Positions 13,501 to 27,426 of a stretch of 64,000 bases of DNA are shown here, in pieces (position 1 is the first letter of the stretch; each line of letters starts with the position of its first letter). This DNA comes from Lingula anatina (taxonomy: Eukaryota > Animalia > Brachiopoda), in the NCBI GenBank assembly GCA_051362555.1, contig CM120640.1, positions 25,096,225 to 25,160,224 of the forward strand. The letters are read 5' to 3'. A model generated the notes under the pieces. It saw only the letters and a program-made list of their open reading frames with translations. It ran no database searches and was not told the DNA's origin. The translations under genes were made by a program, and so were the position numbers.

Positions 13501-14991
13501 TCTCCCCGCCTCTACACGCGCCATCCTTGCAGGGGTCTAGCAATTAAACCTCGAAGCATTTAATACCAGCCCTAGGACTCCCGACTAAGCACATTTTACC
13601 AAGATGTTATACCACTCCGCACAGCTTGATCCACAATACCGAAACGAAAGAGGGAGTGACTGTAACACATTTCACCTCCTCTCACTGTCCCCTCACCTCC
13701 TCATCAATATCTTAACAAATAAATTTAAGACGTGGGTATTATAGATTATCTATTATTCTTTTTATGGAAGAATAAGTGAATAATTCTGTTTGCGGAAAAC
13801 GTGGAGGCGGGCATGGGGGTGGGGGCCTGTTCAAGAGCAATCTCTGAACCACCTGTGATAACACAGTTGGTTCCAATCCATTTTCATTATCTGGAAAAAA
13901 ACTTCTTGTCTGGTATCTTTATTCTTTTATCGGGTGCGTTGTGTTGTGCTACATTACTTATTGCCTATCAGTATATAACAAGCAAATAGCATGCAGGCGA
14001 ATAGCGGAAAAAAACGTCCCGAACTTAAGGCTGTGATAACTCAACAATAACCCACGGTAATTCAACGCAATTTCATATTACACTACTTCATTATTGTATT
14101 TGCCACATGTAGTACATGATTTGACACAGTAGCTTATGTATCGTCCCTATTATTGTCAATTTAAAACCAACAGTCCAAAAATGTTAAGCTAGTAAGAATA
14201 TTTTTCAGTAATCTTTTATAAAAAGATGATTAGTGGCCGATCTTGCTTTTTCACCACATCTGAATATTGCTCCTTTTTGTAATGATTCATGTTATGACCT
14301 CTACCAGAAATTTATCTACACAGACGTTGGACTCACTCCACCGAACACTTTCCCGGCAGGTCAAGCCCCAATGCTGCAATACAGGCAATTTCAATGGATT
14401 AAGGCACAACCTGTTCAAAATTTTCTTATGCGATATTAATGATAGGGCATGATGGCCTAATCTGACTTTGAAAGTAACTTTCAACAAGATATTTAGTCTT
14501 CTGCAGTCTGGTAGAGGTCATCACCTACCAGGAAGCTACAAACTTGAGTTATTGTGTAATTTCGCCAACGGGTATTCTGACGATTGTACTTCTGTTTAAA
14601 ATGCCAAATAACTTCTATAGTAGCCATTAAATCTAAACTTATGTGTGTAGAGACGATACCATGAAGTAGCACACTGTGAAATTTTCGTTGTCTTACAGAA
14701 AAAGGCTTTTGAGAAAATATAATCTAAGTTCGGCACGTGTTTTTATCGACATGCACCCAATATATTAATTCGTGTTAAATTTAGTCATTATTACCCCCTG
14801 ATAAAGTAGTGAACTGCACAGTGGAAGCGGCAACGCCAGGCAGTGTAGTAGTAAAAGACGACGCTGAGCGTAAAAAAGAACGGGTAAATGATTTTAAGAC
14901 AGATATTAAGAAATATATATATTTTTTTCAGTAATCTTTTAAAAATATGATTAATGGTCTATCGTGCTTTCTTCAGCACATCTGCATATTG

Positions 14992-15042
<51 letters not shown>

Positions 15043-15661
15043 ATTCATGTCATGACCTCTTCCGGAAATTTATCTACTCATACATTTAAATGCTGTGGCT
15101 TTGGATAACAAACATAGTATTGTAAATACGGATAATTTTTATGGATTAAGACACAGCTTGTTCAAAGTGTTCTTATGTTATATTAATAATAAGGTATGAT
15201 GTCTAATCTGACTTTAAATGTAACTTTCAACCAGGTATTTAATCTGTGGCAGTCTGGTGGAGGTCATCACCCAGAAAGCTATAAACAGTGTCATTCCGTC
15301 ATTATGTTTTTGTATTTCTGTTAAAAATGCCAAATGACTTTTATAGTAACCATTAAGTCTAAACTTAAGTGCGTAGAGACGATATCATGAAGCTGTATAC
15401 TGTGAAATTCCGTTGTACATGTATCATAGTGAAAGGTTTTTGAGAAAATATAATCTTAAGTTCGGTACGTCTTTTTATCGACATGCACCCGATATATTTA
15501 ATTTGTGTTAAATTTAGCCATTATTACCCTCTGATGAAGTAGTGGACTGCACAGTGGAAGCAGCAACGCCAGGCAGTGTAGTAAAAGATGACACTGAACA
15601 AAAGAGAGAAATATAAAGAGTATATTTTGGCAAAGTCGGACCTAGGACATTAAGTATGACT

Positions 15662-15692
<31 letters not shown>

Positions 15693-18600
15693 GGGGGGGG
15701 AGGGGGGAGGGGGGCGGCTATGAGTGAATTACAGCATACACACACACAAACACACACCAATCACACTGTGGACGTGATATATTTGGTTGGTTGGGTTTAC
15801 GTATAATTGCCAGTTATTATTGCACATTTTGCACAGGTTTTAATTTGGGCTACGTGTACATCTGAAATGACACTGAATATCAGGTTTTTGATTTAGGCAA
15901 CAGTCCCTTGTGAGCTCATACAAGATCGTCAGCGAAAATTTGAAGTTCAAGATTACGATGTGCCGAATGATGGTTAAAACTTCCTGCTTGAAAGTAACGG
16001 GCCTGGGTTTTTATTTCAATTTAACCATTGTTTTTATCAGGGCTGATAAATACAATCAGTTTTTAGGTTTAAAGGTCCTTGTTTTTTTTCTTTTTTCAAT
16101 CATAATTATCCCTAAAATTCCTAAATCTTAAGAAATATTTGTACATTTTGAAGAGAAACAGTGCCTTCAGTCAGATCTACTGTATCGAAGCCCATTGTAT
16201 CCCGTCGCCTGTTTCAAATGTACAACTTTTACCTGTAAAACTAGTTACAGCATTAAAACTAAGTTATATTTGCCCAATGCTATCTAATTTAAGTGAACGT
16301 ACTTACACGTACTTTCGTCAATGGTAATGCATGGCAAAGACAGCTGTTCCTTTTATCTCTCATACAGTGTATAACCCAGTTTATCATTTCATTTAGGGGA
16401 AGGTTAGATTTACACTTCACACAAGGGTAGGCATGCCACTCAGCTGTGCACATACCAAATACGTGTTAAACTATGGACATTAAACGCTCTGCAACAACAC
16501 GTTAAAGGTGAACTAATGCATGGTACATGTAGATATATATAAGTACAGATAGATATATTAACAGACAGAGTAACAGTTGACAAGGCTGACAGACAAACAG
16601 CACACTGAAATAGGTATACCTGTAACACAGCGATCTAGTTCCTCGGTCCACGTATTTGTCGTCCTGTTGCAAATAATTCTCTGTTTATTAAGAGTTGGTT
16701 TGCTTTCTCGCACAAGTCCCTCGTTACATACCAAGGTGGCGCGTGTGGCAGAGTTCATTTCCAATTTTCCGCCCTCAAAAGGTCCGTGTAATGTCGGACA
16801 GGGACCGGAAACTGGAGGTAAATAAAAAAAAATAACTAGACCGTGTTATTTAAAACCAATTAAGTCAGTAAATTTTATGTAAATTCGAATAGCATGTTCA
16901 CATGAATTTGTCAATCTTTGAGAAAGAAGTGAATCTTCAAAAACATGTTCACAGTCAAACTACTCATTCAACTAAAGTTAAGCGAGTTAATCAAATCAAT
17001 GAAAAGTCTCTCTTTTACTCGACTTGGTAAGGATCTGATTTCTGAACAACATGTTTTCTATCATTATATGTTAGCTGCCATTTTAAGATTGGAGAGGGCC
17101 GCATCTTATAATTTTTGTTTTGTAGTCTGTCTTATTATTATATTAATCATTTATTTCACAAACGCCGCGCTACAAAAACGTTTCATCGCTGCTTAGAAAC
17201 ATCATAATCTTAAATCTCCTAGATTAATTCAAAACCGTTAAGAAGGAATAAAACCCACAAGAATAAAACCCAAAAGAGACACTTTAAGCAAAAAGTTTAA
17301 TCATACCAGAAAAACTTAAATTTTATAAAAACTTACTGTTATACTGAATGGAAAATTCACCCATACTTTGTATTGTTGCACGGTAGAGGATCACTGTAGT
17401 TTCATTTATAGGAAGTCTCTCCATTCTATTTTCTCCGCATTGTTTGAATATGGGGTCTTTTATAGCGCCATCTTCCATGTTCTTTTTTATTCCAATTGTC
17501 AAAACATTTTCATTACATGACTCTAGCTTGAACCCAGGGGTAACATCAATGGACATAGTTTGCCCTGTCTCCAGAGGAATAGTCCACAGACATCTGAACA
17601 CTGCGTACCCTCCACGCATTTCTGTTCTATACATCTCAGGATTCTCAGGTTGCCTGATATGACCCATGCTGTCCTTCAAGATTATTCCATCGGGTGTGTC
17701 ACATGCCACTATTAAAAAAGAAATCAAAAGAAATTGGTAGGTCAAAATGTAAAATATGCTAATTTGGAAAGTAACAGAACTTATACGCTGTATTTGTCCA
17801 AGAAGCGTTCGCTGCAAATGCTTTCGTTAAACTTGCGATCTTATTTCAACATCTTTTAATTGCGAAACACTTTAACTTAATACATTTATCGGGATGTGGG
17901 GCCTAGCGGGTGTGAATATAAAGCATGGTTCGAAGCTTTGTAAAAGGATTTCGTACATTTGAGATTATTAGTAAAGATAATGATATGTTTGTGGAATATT
18001 GGAAACTTGTGACTCCAACAAAAATGTGTGATATTTGTAATACATCCCATTTCCTGAGTTGCATAAAATTGACAAATGGCAAATTAACTTTGTTAGTATT
18101 CTTTACCCGTTAATAAAATACGATGATAATCATTCAAAAGAGAAATAATGAAAAATAAAGAAATGCTGAGCCAATGTGCTGCGTAGTCCCTGTTCCCTTG
18201 CAGATGTTCCTACCTTCCTACCTTAAAGTGAATTTCATTTATATCCTGCAAGCGTTTAAAATGCCCCAAAGTCATATTTTATCTTGAAAAGCTTATATTT
18301 TCCAATAGCTGGGTTTTAAAAACATTAAACCCCCTCAAATTATTTTTTTTTCTGTAGGGAACCTAATGCTAAAATTACCCTCTTAACCTTAGAATCTCGC
18401 ACGGTCCAAGCCTAGGTATCTCGCAACTTCACACGAGAGATAAGATCGCGAACATCATAAATGATACATCATATACAATATAAAACTACTACGACTTCTT
18501 TTTAAAAAGTGAAACGTAAAACATTTAGAATTAAATTATCTGATTAAGAGTAGAACAAAACAGCCGATACCAGCTTAGCGGCGGGTCGAGCAATGGTTTG

Positions 18601-20235
18601 TGAGATGGAAATTTTTTCTCGAGGATAATTTTATTGGGCGCGAAAATTCCGGACCGGAAATCTTTAAATGAAATTGAAAATAGGTTGCCTAAGACCAGCA
18701 TAATAGCAGAGCAGATAAGTGCCGTCATAGGGCCTATTGTCGTCTATAATAGTAATAAACACGTTTCCCAGACCGTCAAATAATACATATTCGAAGCAAA
18801 AAATCAATCATACCATTTGTTTGATCAACCAAAACAACGATAATAAAGAAAACCCCATCTCACAAAGCACACAAATTTGTTGAACGTTGCTTTTTAGTTG
18901 ATATTTGTTTAGGCGTTGTTCAACAAAAGATTCATCATTGATTCACCGTTCACAACTCAACATTAAAAATGTGACGTTGGTTTGATGTTGAACATAGGTT
19001 GTATTGAAATACCATCCAAATTGTCTTCATTGGTATAACAAAGGATTTAAATTAGGGACTTAATTTTCTTAACTTCCAACGCCTAGGCTGGATAGCAAGA
19101 ATGCGCTTTCTTTGCTTTAAAACAGAAATATGTTTTTGTGTCATGGAATTTTAACGTAATATAAAGTTAAAACTTAAATTGCATACAGATCCAACATACA
19201 TTCAACCATTGTGTGCCTGTTGAGATAATATGATGCTCCCCCACTTTGCCAGATCGAAGATAAATAAAGAACTTTATTCCTATTCGGGAAGAAATAACAC
19301 CATGACATGAAGCGCGCACCCGGGGCGGTGTACCTGACATTGTGTCCAAGTAAGCTTCTATGGCAAAATTCAGCTTCAGGATGCGTCTGTCATTTGTGTT
19401 GAAGTTGATCAAACCTTTGATGAAATTCTCATCGAATAATCCAGCGACCACAGTGTCATGCAGTCTTATGTCCTGTCTTAGTGCATCAGACTGAGTGGCC
19501 ATGGCCACAGCCGCATCACTGCGTCTACCAGAGTGATGGATTCCGAGAAAGTCGCCAGCTTTCACCAGAAACCTGTGCGAGTGAGGCACTGTGACATTTG
19601 CTTTTCCAACTGTGTGGGCTTTCAATTCGTGCTTCCCTATCAATTCATAATAATGCTCCGGGCCATTTGCGGGTATTCTCCACACTCCGACAAAAACACC
19701 GGGCTGCAGGTCTGTCCTGTAATACTTCCAAGCGGCAACCATGCCATCACATTTAAACGTGTTGTTTAACATCAAGTAAGCGTGATTAGTTCCTCTAGAA
19801 GAAAAGTTTCGGGGAGTCGTGCCTACTGGTGCTGTGCAATCTCATAAAAGTATGGCGATATTATTAATTTGCAGGTCATATCGAAACTTTTACAATACAA
19901 AATATACCCGTGGCTTTGACTTAAAGAATGGCTGTCTGCCTTTGGTCTATACAAAGACAAAGTTTAGATATACATAAAATCAATATTAATGGATTTTTCG
20001 TTTATAAGGGATATGTTATAAACACTGATAGCTAGGATATGGAATTCACTGACAATATTAACCCGATTCATTTTCTACGTGACATGACGTGGTGACTCGG
20101 ATGACTTTACAGTAATACAGAGAAAGAGAAAGAAAGAGAGAGAGACCCACCTGATTCATTGTAGGGTAATTCCAGGTTACACAGTGCTGACATTGGTAAC
20201 AGCGTCAGTAATACCAGTAACAGCATTCTCTCCAT
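10513..20235 (-). CDS. Type I membrane protein: signal peptide-unnamed domain-CUB-Sushi-stalk-TM-Tyr-motif tail (receptor B)
   Basis: Exons 20235-20151 (MERMLLLVLLTLLPMSALC), 19831-19334, 17708-17337 (CUB), 16811-16620 (Sushi), 15593-15528, 14863-14795, 12041-11997, 11186-11114 (TM VIVISLLVVVLIVIAIVVAVCL) and 10939-10513. Extracellular exons are phase 1-1. Further small stalk exons are possible. Confidence 0.82.
12987..13329. mobile_element. MITE with TTAA target duplication (Kolobok/piggyBac-like), copy 1
   Basis: ttaa|agggataacaact...agttgttatccct|ttaa; homologue at 24718-25042. Confidence 0.8.
13420..13560. repeat. Diverged single arm related to the fold-back element at 27119-27426
   Basis: Shared ordered blocks atatggcgga..ctac.tgaaag, taatcc, atggtctc, gcctct, ccatcc, gcagggg, aattaaa.ctcg. 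Confidence 0.6.
14195..15597. repeat. Tandem duplication of an ~0.7-kb intron+exon unit
   Basis: ~14195-14870 and ~14915-15597 are colinear (tttttcagtaatctttta...ctgcacagtggaagc.gcaacgccaggcagtgtagta). Each unit holds one stalk mini-exon; copy 2 has an expanded poly-T. Confidence 0.92.
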
Positions 20236-23200
20236 GATCAAACAGACGGGATGAACCGCTTCACTGTACAGGGTATTCTTCAAGTATCAGTCCCAACTGC
20301 TTCTCCTCCACAGCTCAGGAGAATGTATCTTCCGCTGTCAATAGACGATCATATACATCCTTCCTGCCATGACTCAAACATGGCTGAACATGTGTAGTAA
20401 CTTGACAATAATTTTGGCCTTCTTGCGTTGCATCCGCTACATGTTCTACACGTACTTGTATATTACCGCTTATGAAATGAAGAGAGCCACTATGTAGGTC
20501 GACTCATTGGAATGTCAACAAAAGCAAAGTAGGTCGATTGCCGGCTGACTGCTTGCCTGTAAAATCAGAGATCAATATATGAGCAACAAAACCGGCAGGT
20601 GCGCTGATCGCTCAGACGTGAACGCTTCTGGTGGACAGGTGAAACCGCCATACACCATCTGTACCACACACCTCGTATTTCTATTGCTCAGATATAACCG
20701 AGATTTGTCCCAGAAAATGCACGTTATCTACTCTTTTCAACGTGTTGATTTCCTTTGACACATTTTCGTGGGAGATAACCTCTTGCACTTTCTAATTGAA
20801 ATGTCAATAAAGTGCTTTCTGTTGTTGGCATCAATCACACGAACTACATCACTGAGCTTAATCTACAGTCGACTTTTATATCAACCTGCCCTAATAACAA
20901 ATAAAAAAAGACGATAAGAACTCAGACACCCAAGGTTTGGTGAACTTATTCACAGAATGCGTTGAGATGAAATGGTTCAAATACTAAAGAGGTCCCTTCA
21001 CATTTCTTATTACCTACCTCCATTTTATAGCACATATTGCCTGTTACACTGTCTTGTTCAGCTATATGTACATTAACCTCGCCATGCAGCTACAATTATA
21101 TGTTGATGCCTCAGGTGATATCGTGTTTCACTGAACTTTTAGCTTGAGGTTCAGAGCACTATTTAATGCAAATCAGATCCACTAGTGCCCAGTGCTGTGT
21201 GGCTGCATGAATACAGCACCGATACAAGCGTTACCGACATACAGCGAGACATATTTCCTAAATAATTTCATTTTATTTCTTATTTTCTAAATTGTGCTCT
21301 TAAGGGTTAATTTCAGTTCGACTTAACTTAATTGGCTGGTTATATCTTAATACGAAGTTTGTGGGGTTTCTTTTGTTAATCGGGTGCTTTTTGTTCGACT
21401 GATATGTCCACTCATTGATCTACTTACCACTGCCTTTAGGAATCTTTTGTTGGCCGCCTTGGTCTATACACTGCAGCTGTATGAGTTCTCGAATAACAAT
21501 TCGCTTACTTCAACTGACCCTCGTTTTATGCTGTTGTAAGCTTGCGCACTGCATGCATTTGATCTGTTTTGTCTGTTACTCAATTGAACAGCTACCATCT
21601 CAGGTTGTTTCGTGTGTTGTATACGTAAGCTGTGCACAGGTACGCGCTACTGTGTTACTATAAAATAGACACGGCACGGACATGTACTGGCCTGTGTCTT
21701 ACAGTGTGGCTTACTTTTAACGCAATTATTTCTGCAAAGTCTTCGAATGCACTGTACAAAAAAAAAATCTAAACCCTGCAAATCCTTCAAGATTTTTCAA
21801 ATTCAGAGAAATATGTTTATTTAGTTTACCCTAATTGGATATTTTTTAAAAATGAAACAAATGGGAATAAATGCAACCATTAAAATGACTGTATTTATAC
21901 GAATAAGATATAAGTGCGTTGAGTCACGAAAAGGCTAAAACAGTGAGGAGGTTTGATAAGTATGTTAAAACAGCGCATTAAAATTCGGTATTGAAACCAT
22001 TAAAATTGCAAATAAAAGATCCATAATGCCCTTCAGACAATACCTTTTATTTCTATTTTAGCGCTTTTATATTAATCAAAATACTTACGTCGTTCTAACC
22101 GCATGTACTAAACACCTATTATCTTTTATATTTACTTCATGACGTCATATGTGACTCTTTCCTTGCCCTGCGTGGTTACCTTTGGTTACAAGACGCGTTA
22201 AGCCAACATGGCGACTTCAACCTGTGCAGCCGAGTCCTGGATAACTCGATAACGAGCTTGCCAAACGTTTGTCCAAGTATTTGGCATGGCGCTTGATTAT
22301 CAGAAAAAAACATACGTGCCACACAGACCAGAAACAAAATTTCGGTAAGTAGATTGCAGCAGGAAACAGAGGCTAAAGCCACCCAGATTGCTGTGTGAAA
22401 TGCATGCTTACTGATACAAGCTAGAAGACTAACCAATCTGGTATAAACATAATATAATCGACAGTTTTCATCTATCAGTATTGCTAGCTGGACTATACGA
22501 TTACAGATTTTAAAAAGAGGGATAAAAATAGAATAGGGGTGTCTTGACATATAAATGGAGGATCAAACGAAGATCTATAGCTTGAATCTTGAATGTAGGC
22601 CGAGAGTTTAAGCACAGGAGTTCGTGTGTAGGGGGAGAGGGGGGGGGGGCTACAGCCTGAATAAGTTACTTTTCTTAATGTTTTTTCGTGCCTTTTGTCA
22701 GTAAAATGTTGATGGGTTGCCGGTCTGCAATCTGCTGGCGAATGCAAAGATCCGGGTTGAAAGCGACCATAGAAAACCAATAACCGAGCCAGCTGTATGA
22801 CGCCCGGTTCATCATTTCAGCGTGAATGTGCGTGTTAGAGATCAAGTTAATGTGAAATGCCCTCCTGGATAACATATATTATGCTTTATAGGTTGTTTTA
22901 TACAAAATGGGAGCGTGACATAATTCTTCGAACGTAAAAATCTGGGCTTTTAAATAATATTGAAAATCATTAAATTGCGTGCGGGAGCAATTGATCAACC
23001 AGCAAGAGAACTGTACTCGGTTAGTAACGTTACTTGGGATCAATAGAACTTCTAATACGAGTGTCTGTGATTTCTTTCACAATAACGTGTGCCAAAGGTG
23101 ACCATATAATTGAATTTAGATAAACTGTCAGTTTCGTTCAACTATTGCGTGACCGATGTGTGACGGATGCTTTCTTAAAATGTGAAAAGATTATAAAATG

Positions 23201-23293
23201 GGACATTAACTGTAAATCTTTATTTCTTTTTCCACTAGAACAACATATAATTTGTCAAACCACTGGGTCGATTTCTTCGGACAAGAGAGAAAA

Positions 23294-25814
23294 ATGCAAA
23301 AAGAAGCCAAGTTAAACTTACGTAGCCCAACCCAAATAAAGAAACTGTACGATGAGAGCAGACAATTGCAAAGGGATTTGAGAAGGCTCGAAAAAAATCC
23401 CCATGGAACACTCCCAGAATCTCTGCTAAAGACGGAAGTCTTTGATATCTTCACCCCAAACTTCCCGAGTCCGACAAAACAAAGAAGTCCAAGCTATTCC
23501 ATGACTGAGAAAATGCGCCGAAGGTATGAGCCGAAACGAGACGCGATGGAGAAAGCCGCGGTTACAGACGACGCTTACGCGCATCACCTGGCTGATATGT
23601 TCCCAGAACAGGGTGATATGTTCACCCCCAACTACAAGCTGCCAGAGTTAGGGAAGGTTGGACAGACTCACAATATACACCAACTGGTAAAGTTATTTAA
23701 GCACAAGAGTACACATTAATCGATTGATAAAAAAAAGACCTTTGAAAATAGTAGTCCGATGGTATTAGATTTTGAACATTTGACTTTTAGTAAAAGAATT
23801 CAATGCGGATTAGATCAAAAGTTTATTATAAAGTGTTTGATAAAATGTTAAGTGGACGCATGTGTTAAGACAAATAGTTATTCCCTTGGTAGTTCAAATG
23901 CTCTATCTTCGAAATTTATGTCTACCTGCCCCTACGTCGACCCATCCATCCATCCAACAACTCCTTTCTATACTTTCTTATTTTAATCATATATTTATCT
24001 GCCTATTTAATCATTTATATGTTTGCCTTCACTCCCAGGCACAAGGCAGTGACCCGGCTCACCTGCAGTATTTCGGCTCAGGTGGCTATGACGACTGGCA
24101 CAAGGCATCTCTGAAAGCGTCTCTTCAGAAACAGATGATGATAGACCAACCTCATGTAAAGGATACGATATACGGCCCACAGAAGTAATTTTAATCTTTA
24201 TACTTTAAAATAAAACAATACGATATCATTATTGAGATACAAAGAGTTTTCCAACTGCATAAAACCAATGGGAGTACAAGATATACTTCAATGCTACAAC
24301 ATATCTAGTACATGCATTTACAATCAAAACTGAAACTAGGAAATCAGTTTTTTTGCCGTAAAACTGATGATAAGTTTAATGTCTGTCCTTTTCTGATATA
24401 AAAAATTTTTCTTAACTGACACCATGTTAAAAGAATGTTTTCAGAAACATTTACATTATTAACGCGTAATGGCTCAGATAAGGCGGACTTTTTTAAAAAA
24501 AAATTTCTCGTGCTTTAGGTTAAGGAATGGCCATGCTGGAGGGTCCTGGCGCCACGTGAAGGAACCACTTCAGCCAGGAGGCAAACGTCTGCTGTTTGTA
24601 GACGGTAAGGACTGACCATAAGAAGGATCAATGGTTGTCATTGCATTATCCACGTCATGTTTACTCTCTTCAAACAGATAGTATCCCTGCGATGGAAAAG
24701 CAAAATTTCTATATTAGAGGGATAACAACTGTTCATTTTGACCAAAGAAACGGATTGTCCTGGGGTAAACGACGATATACCAATGGTTAATGAATTCATT
24801 CCGACATAATTTTTTTTTTTTGTAATAATCTCTAAAGAAATCATAACGGTGGTAAAGTCATCTATGAAAGTCTACGTGGTCTAATAGGAAGCACAGATTC
24901 CAGAATAATTGCGATCAACGCTATTTTTGTGATTAAATGGAATTTTTTTATATTATGTTTACAATGCATTGTTGTTTACAATGAGTTGTTTACAATGCAT
25001 TTATTGTGAAATACGAATCTCATGCGAACAATTGTTATCCCTTAAAGTATATAAAAATCGCACAGATGTTAAGATCTTTAAATCCGTCCGCTACAAATCA
25101 GTAAAAATAACTTTATAGCACTTTATATCTTTGCATTAAATTTGAATCCTTAAATAGTTTTAGAAGAGTGGAACTGGGTAATTACAACATTATACCCTGT
25201 TTATTCGTGTGATATTTTATCTCCGCCCTTCACCCATTTTATTCACACTCATCTTGGTCCATCTTGCAACCAGCTAGTTTACCCTTTCCTTCCCCCTTCT
25301 CTCTATCCCCCCCCCCCCCTCCCCCCGCCCACACACACACACATATGAATTAACCATTTCAATTTAACTAAAACCATACAGGTGCCGTTGCCCGAGATGA
25401 CTTGTATCGTGTGAGGACCAAGTTGATAAAAACACCAGAAACACTGATGAGGGAACCTAACAGTCACGACCTGTTCAGAGAAATCGTCAGACACAGGAAA
25501 GCAACTCCAATAAAAAGTAAGAGACGGCCCTAAACTGTGTGTATTTTTTTTCTACATTTTGGAAATGAGTACTAAACCATTTCTAAAATGAACCGATGTA
25601 TTCCTGATCATATGATATATGTATTAAGTTAATCATTCTTTGCAAGGAATTACTCGCCGTGCTTCTGAGATCAAGTTGTATGCATTGTGTTTGGTGTAAT
25701 GGTTGTGGTAGATGATCCATTTCATGCTATTTTTTCACTATTCCAGCCACACACTACACCAGCCTATCTGCACACAAGGGAACGGAGAAAGGCAACTGGT
25801 ATATCATGCGTTAG
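23294..25814 (+). CDS. Uncharacterised basic, low-structure protein (5 coding exons)
   Basis: Exons 23239/23294-23686, 24039-24184, 24519-24604, 25382-25516 and 25747-25814 splice in frame, ending ...KGNWYIMR*. No domain recognised; the start is uncertain. Confidence 0.72.
24718..25042. mobile_element. MITE, copy 2 of the agggataacaac family
   Basis: TIR agggataacaa...ttgttatccct, colinear with 12987-13329. Confidence 0.8.
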
Positions 25815-27118
25815 AACTATCAAAAAAAAAAAAAAAAAGAGATTTCTAGTCTCTACAGATAGAGACAAAACCATTTAACTTTTGCTCAAGTTAACGTCGG
25901 CGCGTGAACTATGTACATTGTAGTGTTTTTTCTACTCTTAAGAGTGAATCACCCGCAGACTTGACAATTTTATCACAATTTATTTTTTCTTTAATGCCCT
26001 TTAGATATTTTAGAGGCATTTTTTATTTATTTATTTTTTTTTTCATTTGTCCGTTTGCTAATTTATTTATTTGCTGAAACGACCATATTCTGATATGTAG
26101 TTTATACTCCATACTTCATTTTACTGTTTTAATGGCGCACCAGCAGACTGACCCTGGCACGGTTTGTGATTGGTGAATATTTTAATTTAGGCCCCTATAA
26201 TTAAAAATAAATTTCTTATAAAGGAGTGCTATTAATATGCTAGTAATCAACAGAAGACGTTTTTTATTCGAATGACATCATAGTCTACAGACTGACTAAA
26301 TATATTCTTTATGAATTTTATGAAACATTTATACTTATTATCTTTTAAATAAAATTCATAATTTATTTCAAGTGAATGGTGTTGTGTTGTTTCAATATAT
26401 GTTCCAGCAATCTTCGTTTATTTTTCAATCAATGATTCGGACAAGAGTGCAGCGAATACTATAAAACAAAAATTAACTTCCAAATCATTCTTACTGTAAA
26501 TAATAATCTACGACATATAAAACGCAAGCACACAAACCGGTTACAAGGCACGTTTGGTTGTGTATTTCGTAAAAAGCTTAATCATCACTCTTCAATATTA
26601 TCTTAATTCACGAAATAATCAGAGCTTGTCAAGTTAATGTTATAAAAATGACACCACACATTTTCAACGACCCCTTTATTTGGAAACTGTGACCCTTGTA
26701 AACAGGAAAAAAATCTCAAAAAACATACCGTTGTGTTTTCACTTACAAATTTAGTTAATTTGGGTCACTTATCTTTAAAAATTGAAAATGACACATACAT
26801 TTCACCATTTATACGTATTGTTTCGTCATGACCTAGGTGATGTGTCGGAAAGATCGTAGTTACCACTAAAGTAGGGGTTGGTCACCAAAAGTGGTAATTG
26901 TGGTTTTACATTTATTTCTAAACGCATGGAAATTGTCCACGTGATGATAGAGATAGCGGTCAGTGTGGTCAACCGTCACTAACATTATGCTGCCTCTTTC
27001 CTTTATCAAATAAACAGACATTTTCGATATCCCACAGATTATATTAAAACCTACTAACAAGGTTTATATGTTTAAAAATTCGAATAATTTGGGCCAGGGA
27101 AAGCAAACATTGGCACCT

Positions 27119-27426
27119 GGGCCCCATTCAGATCGAGAAGAGCCGAGTGCTAGTTAGGCCGCGACCTAAATATGGCGGACCTACATGAAAGGAAGACCGC
27201 TTAATCCTGTAATGGTCTCTCTGCCTCTCACACACCATCCCACGCGTCGTCCCTGCAGGGGCACGGTAATTAAATCTCGGCTCAATTCAACAGGTCGAGA
27301 TTCGACGCGTTAGGAGGCGTGTGAGAGGCGAAGAGACCATTACAGGTTTAAGCGGTCTTCCTTTCATGTAGCTCCGCCATATTTAGGTCGCGGCCTATCT
27401 AGCTCTTCTCGATCTGAATGGGGCCT
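27119..27426. mobile_element. Fold-back MITE with ~130-bp inverted arms
   Basis: ggccccattcagatcgagaagagc...taggccgcgacctaaatatggcgga is mirrored by tccgccatatttaggtcgcggccta...gctcttctcgatctgaatggggcc. Confidence 0.85.

Noticed and set aside
21415-22875. Several short ORFs and isolated minus-strand donors (21427, 22088)
   Set aside because: No coherent coding splice chain; may be UTR or non-coding exons
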